In this document: positions 58,020 through 64,000 of the stretch, in pieces
Layout: each line of letters opens with the position of its first letter
How positions within the stretch are numbered: position 1 is the stretch's first letter
Source of the DNA: Candidatus Kapaibacterium sp.
GTDB taxonomy: Bacteria > Bacteroidota > Ignavibacteria > Kapaibacteriales > UBA2268
Length of the DNA stretch: 64,000 bases
Direction of reading: 5' to 3'
Assembly (NCBI GenBank): GCA_963665665.1
Contig: OY762428.1
Location: 4,608,001 to 4,672,000, forward strand
Translations under genes and position numbers: made by a program
The notes under the pieces: model-generated
The model's database searches: none
Told to the model about the DNA's origin: nothing
What the model saw: the letters and a program-made list of their open reading frames with translations, nothing else

Positions 58020-58706
58020 TTAATCTTTCGGCAAACCGACCGATCTCATTCTTGCTAATATAGTATTTTTTCTTTTCATTATGTAGTTTGTCGGCCTTGC
58101 CGGCGACCATCTTCTCGGGTTTGGAAGAACTGCGGCAAGTAAGGCAGCTTCCCTCCGGGTAAGTTTCGAAGGAGGTTTGTTAAAATATTTCCTTGATGCA
58201 GCATCAATTCCGTAAATGCCGTCGCCCCACTCTATCACGTTTACGTAAACTTCAATTATTCTTCTCTTACCCCAGATAATTTCAATCATATAAGTAAAAA
58301 ATACCTCAAGTCCCTTACGGAAATAACCGCCTTTCAGCCACAGGAAAGTATTCCGGGCTGTCTGCATTGATATTGTGCTGGCGCCGCGGCGTTTTTTGCC
58401 CTTATATCGTTCGTTATATTTTCTGGCCTGTTCAATTGCTTTCCAGTCAATTCCGTCGTGAGAATTAAATCTGCCGTCCTCGGAAGCAATTACTGCACGG
58501 AATAAATTTGGAGAAATATTATCAAAAGATGCCCAGTTTTTTTCGATTTTAGCATCTTTACCATCAATCGTATTTTCAATTACACGTATTAGCATTAGTG
58601 GGGTAACAGGCGGGTTTATGAATTTATATGCAATAGTAATGAATATTGAGCCTATTACGAACCAAATAATAAAAAAAAACAGGAATTTGATGATTTTTTT
58701 ACACAT
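58020..58706 (-). CDS. mtgA: Monofunctional peptidoglycan transglycosylase
   Basis: SEDGRF..H.G, RGASTISMQTARN, RKGLE, LPNP. Confidence 0.95.
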   Translation of the reverse strand: MCKKIIKFLFFFIIWFVIGSIFITIAYKFINPPVTPLMLIRVIENTIDGKDAKIEKNWASFDNISPNLFRAVIASEDGRFNSHDGIDWKAIEQARKYNERYKGKKRRGASTISMQTARNTFLWLKGGYFRKGLEVFFTYMIEIIWGKRRIIEVYVNVIEWGDGIYGIDAASRKYFNKPPSKLTRREAALLAAVLPNPRRWSPARPTNYIMKRKNTILARMRSVGLPKD

Positions 58707-58901
58707 AAATTACTTTTTTTGATAAAATTTTTATATATTTATTCCCAGTTATTGTACGCTTTTTAATAAAGATGAAAATAATTATCATTTTTGAAAATAG
58801 AAAAATCTTTCTTTGATTTAATATAAATTATGCCTTTTGTGCATTGTTTCCCATTAAATCCCCAACACAAACTACCAGCTTGGTTCCCACCGGCTGGTTT
58901 T

Positions 58902-59840
58902 TTATTTACATTGTTGCAATTCATAAGTATAACCTTTTTCAAGTTCGGCTTTTTCGTTAAGATGCGTTGTCAGATATTGGCCGCAATTACTGCCTATGTT
59001 ATTTTCCTCCAGTTCGCCAATACTCAGAAGAACATCATATCCGGCATTTTTAACCGAGTTGATTTTATCATATTTTTCCTTTTCAGGTAATATATACGAT
59101 TCTATGTTGTTGTCCCTGGCTTTATAAGTCGGGTTAACAGGGGTGACCTTTACAAGAAATTTATCAGGATTGAAATACCTTAACAGTTTATCTGCAGAAA
59201 GTTCCATGCCTCCCGCCAGAGCAAAGTTCAGCGTAATCTTTCTGTCGCCGGGTTTGAAAAATGTATTTCCATATTCGGCTATTTTATCGAAACTCCACTT
59301 TTTTACGGGAAGCAGCCAGTCCCTTTGTTCTTGGTTTGTGGTGTGAATTGAAAACTGCATCTGAAACTTATCTTTATAAAGCCGGTTTTTAATATCCATT
59401 AGCCTGATGAAGAATTTATCACTACCATTGGGGGCTATTGTTGATATTGAAGGCATTAGTCCCGGAGCCTGATATACTGTAGGTAAATCCTCCAGAACGT
59501 CCAACACTGCTGAATTAAATGCAGGCTCGCCCATTCTTGCAAACTGGATTTTGAATTTCTCTGCGGGAATTTTGCCATCAGGATATCTTTGCCTGATGGG
59601 GTAATCAATCTGAGCGAACAATTCTTTCCAATTCAGCTTTCCCTTATAATAGTTACCCGAATCGCAAAATTTACATGAAACGGGGCAGCCATATAATGTT
59701 GATATGATCAGAACCCATTTCTTTTCACGGGGAATAGGAGGCTGAACCGATTCAACAAATTCAACGACTTTTCCGTCTCCAAATTCCCCAAGGTAAACTG
59801 TTGCTATATCTTTATTTTCTGTTTTTCCGATTATCTTCAT
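58902..59840 (-). CDS. RlmN/Cfr-like radical SAM protein (divergent)
   Basis: GCPVSCKFC (CxxxCxxC), RMGEP, FSIH, C-terminal SNCGQ; lacks the RlmN N-terminal helical domain. Confidence 0.85.
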   Translation of the reverse strand: MKIIGKTENKDIATVYLGEFGDGKVVEFVESVQPPIPREKKWVLIISTLYGCPVSCKFCDSGNYYKGKLNWKELFAQIDYPIRQRYPDGKIPAEKFKIQFARMGEPAFNSAVLDVLEDLPTVYQAPGLMPSISTIAPNGSDKFFIRLMDIKNRLYKDKFQMQFSIHTTNQEQRDWLLPVKKWSFDKIAEYGNTFFKPGDRKITLNFALAGGMELSADKLLRYFNPDKFLVKVTPVNPTYKARDNNIESYILPEKEKYDKINSVKNAGYDVLLSIGELEENNIGSNCGQYLTTHLNEKAELEKGYTYELQQCK

Positions 59841-59841
59841 A

Positions 59842-60717
59842 TTATTTTTTTCTGATTTCGTTATCAATTTCCATTGCTGCTTTCAGGCCGTCTCCGACTG
59901 ATATTGCTGCCTGCCGGTATATTCCGTTTATTACATCACCTACAAAGTACAGTTTCTTTTCTTTAATCAAATCATCCTTATGCTTAAGAAATTGTTCGGG
60001 GATGAAGTCCGTATCAGGTATTCTTCCAATTGCCCCGATTACAATATCAGACTTAATAAGCCTTTCGTCATTCAAAGACTTGCAATATAATAATAATTCA
60101 TCTTCTTCAATTGAAGTTTTTATTACTTTATAATTTTCTAAATAGCGTATCGCAGAGTTAGCCTTTGCCCTGCTAAAAAGTAACTCAAGACATTTGGGTT
60201 TGCTTCCCCGGTTAATAATTGTTACCTGATTTTTATTGGAAGACAGACTAAGACCATAATCAAATGCAGCATCGCCGGCGCCGATTATTGTTATCTTTTT
60301 TTCTGAGATGTTGATTAAATCTCTTATATCATAATAGATTTTATCTTGGATATTGGCATATTCATCAGAAATCAGTTGTTTGGGCTTTGTTCCGCAGGCA
60401 ACAACGAGGAATTCAAAGTTGAATAATTGTTTCTTTGTTTCAATTTCAAATTTCTCTGAGAAACTAACTTTTTTTACTTCATCGAAAATGATTTTCGGGG
60501 AAAAGGACTCAAGCTGATTTTTCATCAATAGAGCCAGTTTTTTACCACTTATCCCTTTGGGAAACCCGGGATAATTTTCAACAAGATTTGCATTGTTTAG
60601 CAGCCCTCCAATATTACTTTTCTCGAATATTACCGATTTGTGACCCGATCTGTGAAGTTGTATTGCAGCAGCTATCCCGGAGGGACCGGCGCCTATTATT
60701 CCGATACTATTATGCAT
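59842..60717 (-). CDS. NAD(P)/FAD-dependent oxidoreductase, TrxB-like, without CxxC
   Basis: GAGPSG, VENYPGF, GAGDAA, VGDV...RQAAISVGDG; no CxxC redox motif. Confidence 0.87.
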   Translation of the reverse strand: MHNSIGIIGAGPSGIAAAIQLHRSGHKSVIFEKSNIGGLLNNANLVENYPGFPKGISGKKLALLMKNQLESFSPKIIFDEVKKVSFSEKFEIETKKQLFNFEFLVVACGTKPKQLISDEYANIQDKIYYDIRDLINISEKKITIIGAGDAAFDYGLSLSSNKNQVTIINRGSKPKCLELLFSRAKANSAIRYLENYKVIKTSIEEDELLLYCKSLNDERLIKSDIVIGAIGRIPDTDFIPEQFLKHKDDLIKEKKLYFVGDVINGIYRQAAISVGDGLKAAMEIDNEIRKK

Positions 60718-61360
60718 AAATATTCCGATTATTTATAATGTCATCGCATAAACAAATTCTTGCGAAACCATGAGACAGATTTTTAATTGTTGACTCATGG
60801 TAGCTAAATTTATAGGTTGCGTTAGCATCGGCAGGGAATATTACATTATAACCCCGAACGAATGCCGATCGGGCAGTTGTTTCGCAGCACAGGTGGCTCA
60901 TAAGGCCTGTAATAATAACATTTTTAATATCATTATCCTTCAATAAGCGATTCAGTCCCGAAGCATAAAAAGCATCGTATTGACTTTTATGGATTATTGT
61001 AGCATTAATTTTATTTATTTCTTTGATCAGAGTAGAGGATGGCTTGTCATAGCGGATTATATCTTTCCACCAAACAGACATCATAGCTGCATCATCATCA
61101 TTATTTAAATGCCTGGTTTTAATGATCAGTGAATTATTCTCATTAAATTTTTCTGCAAGTTTAGTTATTCTCGGTATAATGTATTCTGATGCAGGAACAT
61201 AGGCATGTGAATCCGGATTGCAGAAATATTTCTGCATATCAAGTATGAGTAATGCTGTCTTGCCTTTGATACTATTTAAGGGCCTTCTATCCAAAGATTT
61301 TAAAGCATAATCTTTAATTGATTTTATAATATCCGGATTTTCGAAATAATTTTCTTTCAT
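60710..61360 (-). CDS. Isochorismatase/nicotinamidase family cysteine hydrolase
   Basis: LLILDMQ (Asp), HKSQYDAF (Lys), SHLCCETTAR (Cys). Confidence 0.92.
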   Translation of the reverse strand: MKENYFENPDIIKSIKDYALKSLDRRPLNSIKGKTALLILDMQKYFCNPDSHAYVPASEYIIPRITKLAEKFNENNSLIIKTRHLNNDDDAAMMSVWWKDIIRYDKPSSTLIKEINKINATIIHKSQYDAFYASGLNRLLKDNDIKNVIITGLMSHLCCETTARSAFVRGYNVIFPADANATYKFSYHESTIKNLSHGFARICLCDDIINNRNIYA

Positions 61361-61481
61361 AATTTCCTTTTTGAAAAACCGCTTCGAATAATATTTACAA
61401 AAATAAATAAAAAACCCGTAAACTTAAGTTCACGGGCCATACCACATTAACATCGGAATTATCATTAAAACTTGTATTCAA

Positions 61482-62813
61482 TTAGTCCATAATCTTCCTT
61501 AGAAACGCGGGCCTTTCGGTTGCCGGTTTGTATTCTTCACCTGTTGGATTGGTAGAAGGCAGAGGATTATTGATCATCTGTGATGCTTCGTTACTGATTC
61601 TTGCCATTGGATCAGAGCGGCGTTCGTAAGCAGGCCGGTCGTATTTTTTAAGCTGGTCCACACCCTTTGGGCTGGAAACGATTTCATGTCCCGAACGTTT
61701 TGCTGCTGCTGCACTGCTTATCTGGCCGGAATTAATTTTTCCTGCCCCGGGGAAACGTACCTGTACCGGGTTCCTGAATGGCTTTTTTTCGGATTCAAAC
61801 GGTAACCTTGGATTTGCTTCTTCCGGTGTAAGTTTTTCTTCAGTCTTTACTTCTTCAACCTGGTTGAAGCCGGTGGCAACAACAGTAACAGAAATTTCTT
61901 CTGATGGTTCGTCAGATTGAACAACACCATGGATCAGGTTGGCATTCTCTCCGGCTGCTTCACCGATTATTTCCACAGCTTCGGCAACTTCAAGCATACC
62001 GAGGTCCGATCCCCCGGAAATATTAACCAGCAGTCCTTTTGCACCGGCAATAGATATTCCGTCAAGTAATGGTGAATTCAGTGCTGCATGAGATGCTTTT
62101 TCAGCCCTGTCGTCGCCTGTTGCTGTTCCGATACCCATAAGGGCATCGCCCATGCCTTTCATAATCGTTTTCACGTCAGCAAAGTCAACGTTAATATAGC
62201 CGTGTCCTGATATAATATCAGCAATACCGCGTGTAGCGTTGTAAAGTACTTCATCCACTTTTCTGAAAGCGTCCGCGAAAGAGGTGTTTTTATCAATTAT
62301 ACTTAAAAGTTTCTGGTTAGGAATTACTATAAGTGCATCAATATATTTTCTCAGCTCTTTTATCCCTGCATCGGCTGTTATCATTCTTTTCTTTCCTTCC
62401 CACTTGAAGGGAGTAGTAACGATACCAACTACGAGAGAATCCAGTTCACTTGCCAGTTGTGCTATTTCAGGAGCGCCGCCTGTACCTGTACCGCCACCCA
62501 TTCCGGCTGTAACAAATACCATGTCGCTGCCTTTCAGCACTTCTTTTATTTCTTCAGTATTTTCTTCAACTGATGTTTTGCCTACATCCGGATCAGCTCC
62601 GGCTCCGAGTCCTTTTGTTTTGTCAGCTCCAAGCTGAATAGTTGTTTGGGCAAGATTATGATCCAGAGCCTGTTTGTCGGTATTTGCTGCAATAAAATCA
62701 ACACCTGTAAGGCCAAGAGTAATCATGCTGTTGATGGCATTTCCACCACCGCCTCCGACGCCGATTACCTTTATCTTTGCGCCGTCTGGTGAAGATGTGT
62801 CTAATGTTATCAT
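61482..62813 (-). CDS. ftsZ: Cell division protein FtsZ
   Basis: GVGGGGGNA, GMGGGTGTG, INVDFADV, C-terminal PAFLRK. Confidence 0.98.
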   Translation of the reverse strand: MITLDTSSPDGAKIKVIGVGGGGGNAINSMITLGLTGVDFIAANTDKQALDHNLAQTTIQLGADKTKGLGAGADPDVGKTSVEENTEEIKEVLKGSDMVFVTAGMGGGTGTGGAPEIAQLASELDSLVVGIVTTPFKWEGKKRMITADAGIKELRKYIDALIVIPNQKLLSIIDKNTSFADAFRKVDEVLYNATRGIADIISGHGYINVDFADVKTIMKGMGDALMGIGTATGDDRAEKASHAALNSPLLDGISIAGAKGLLVNISGGSDLGMLEVAEAVEIIGEAAGENANLIHGVVQSDEPSEEISVTVVATGFNQVEEVKTEEKLTPEEANPRLPFESEKKPFRNPVQVRFPGAGKINSGQISSAAAAKRSGHEIVSSPKGVDQLKKYDRPAYERRSDPMARISNEASQMINNPLPSTNPTGEEYKPATERPAFLRKIMD

Positions 62814-62888
62814 AAAATAACTCCCTGATGAGTTTTATATAAAAAATAATTTTTCAAATTCGATTTATATAATACCATCCCCCGATGG

Positions 62889-64000
62889 TTATAATTCTTC
62901 CATAAAATTTTTAATTTTTTTAAGGATAGAACCCTTGCTGCTTTTTTCTTTCTTTTTCTTTGCAGTCTTTCCGGGTTTAATATTCTCAACGGCTTTTACC
63001 GGATCGGTTTTATCGTCAATTATCTTTGGTTTCTCGCCTTGTTTTTTAAGTGCATATAGTGCCAGGCCAACTGCAGTTGAATAAACCGGGCTCTCAATTT
63101 CCGGAGCCAGGCCGGATATTGTCAAGCCTGAAGGAATCCCAAGTTTTACAGGCATACCAAGCATGTGAGCGGCCAGTTCTTCCGAACCTTTCAGCAATGA
63201 AGACCCCCCGGTAATAACAGCACCTGCGCCCAATGCTGTGGAAAATCCTGACCTGTTTATTTCAGCAAGAGCAAATTCCATAATTTCTTCGAATCTTGGC
63301 TGTATTACCTGGCACAGGAAGCTCTTTGTCAACTCAATTGGTTTCCTGCCAGCGATACCGGGTATCATGAAAACTTCATCTTTCATGATAGCCCCCTGAT
63401 GGGCGTGCCCGTACTGATGTTTGATCCTTTCTGCTTCCTTTGCTATAATACCGATTCCCTGACGAATATCGTCTGTTATCTGACGTCCGGCAATAGCAAA
63501 TACTGAAGTAAACCTGATAATACCTTCTTTGAAAATGGCTATATCAGTTGTACCGCCGCCAATGTCGATCAAAGCTACGCCGACTTCTTTTTCATCTTCG
63601 GTAAGAACTGACTCGCAGCTGGCAAGAGGTTCAAGAACAAGTTCGGCTACTTTCAGGTTGGCTTTTTCGCAACAGCGATAGATGTTCTGAATAGCAGTGG
63701 CAAGGCCGGTTACAATATGAACATTTGCTTCCATTCTGACACCGCACATGCCAACCGGATCTGTTATTCCATCCTGTCCGTCAATAATATAATCCTGAGG
63801 AATAACATGGAGGATCTGGCGTTCTGCCGGTATGGCAATTTTTTTAGAATCTTCCAGAGAGCGAATAACGTCACTTTCTGAAATTTCTCTTGTTTCATTT
63901 TGGGAAATTCCCACAATTCCCCTTGAGGCTATAGACTCGATATGGTCTCCAGCTATACCGGCCACAACCTCGGTTATTTTCAGGCCTGACTGTTGTTCTG
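62889..64000 (-). CDS. ftsA: Cell division protein FtsA (5' part outside window)
   Basis: DIGGGTTD, ITDDI, AERIK, TGGSS, YSTAVGL; immediately upstream of ftsZ. Confidence 0.96.
   Translation of the reverse strand, partial: EQQSGLKITEVVAGIAGDHIESIASRGIVGISQNETREISESDVIRSLEDSKKIAIPAERQILHVIPQDYIIDGQDGITDPVGMCGVRMEANVHIVTGLATAIQNIYRCCEKANLKVAELVLEPLASCESVLTEDEKEVGVALIDIGGGTTDIAIFKEGIIRFTSVFAIAGRQITDDIRQGIGIIAKEAERIKHQYGHAHQGAIMKDEVFMIPGIAGRKPIELTKSFLCQVIQPRFEEIMEFALAEINRSGFSTALGAGAVITGGSSLLKGSEELAAHMLGMPVKLGIPSGLTISGLAPEIESPVYSTAVGLALYALKKQGEKPKIIDDKTDPVKAVENIKPGKTAKKKKEKSSKGSILKKIKNFMEEL

Noticed and set aside
59842-60717. Thioredoxin reductase trxB
   Set aside because: The redox-active CxxC is absent, so the gene symbol was withheld.

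Overview
A 64 kb stretch of bacterial chromosome, probably from a Bacteroidota/Chlorobi-related lineage such as Kapabacteria or Ignavibacteria. That assignment is an inference from a T9SS C-terminal sorting domain, a TTTG/TAnnTTTG-type promoter before the tRNA, and frequent GGAG Shine-Dalgarno sites. Housekeeping content: rpsA (cut by window start), cinA, tsaD, tRNA-Ser(TGA), two-subunit methylmalonyl-CoA mutase, a MarR-regulated LolA/LolCDE-like exporter, rsmD, sbcCD, mrdA, mutS, mtgA, ftsZ and ftsA (cut by window end). Accessory content: two apparently identical 1443-bp IS3-family copies with 3-bp target duplications, two toxin-antitoxin pairs (one with a frameshifted PIN toxin), an RloA/RloB-type defence pair, and several REP-like intergenic palindrome families. 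Best candidates for undescribed biology: (i) a non-coding, 21-nt-periodic, very AT-rich tract that lay directly upstream of a GC-rich helical plus FN3-like orphan gene before IS insertion; (ii) a cysteine hydrolase / CxxC-less TrxB-like flavoprotein / RlmN-like radical SAM operon lacking the resolving Cys; (iii) an archaeal-type HMG-CoA synthase / thiolase / DUF35 operon with a Cys-less DUF35 and an upstream acyl-CoA dehydrogenase; (iv) IS3 orfB in the +1 rather than -1 frame behind an A10 run. All calls come from reading motifs by eye; no searches were run.
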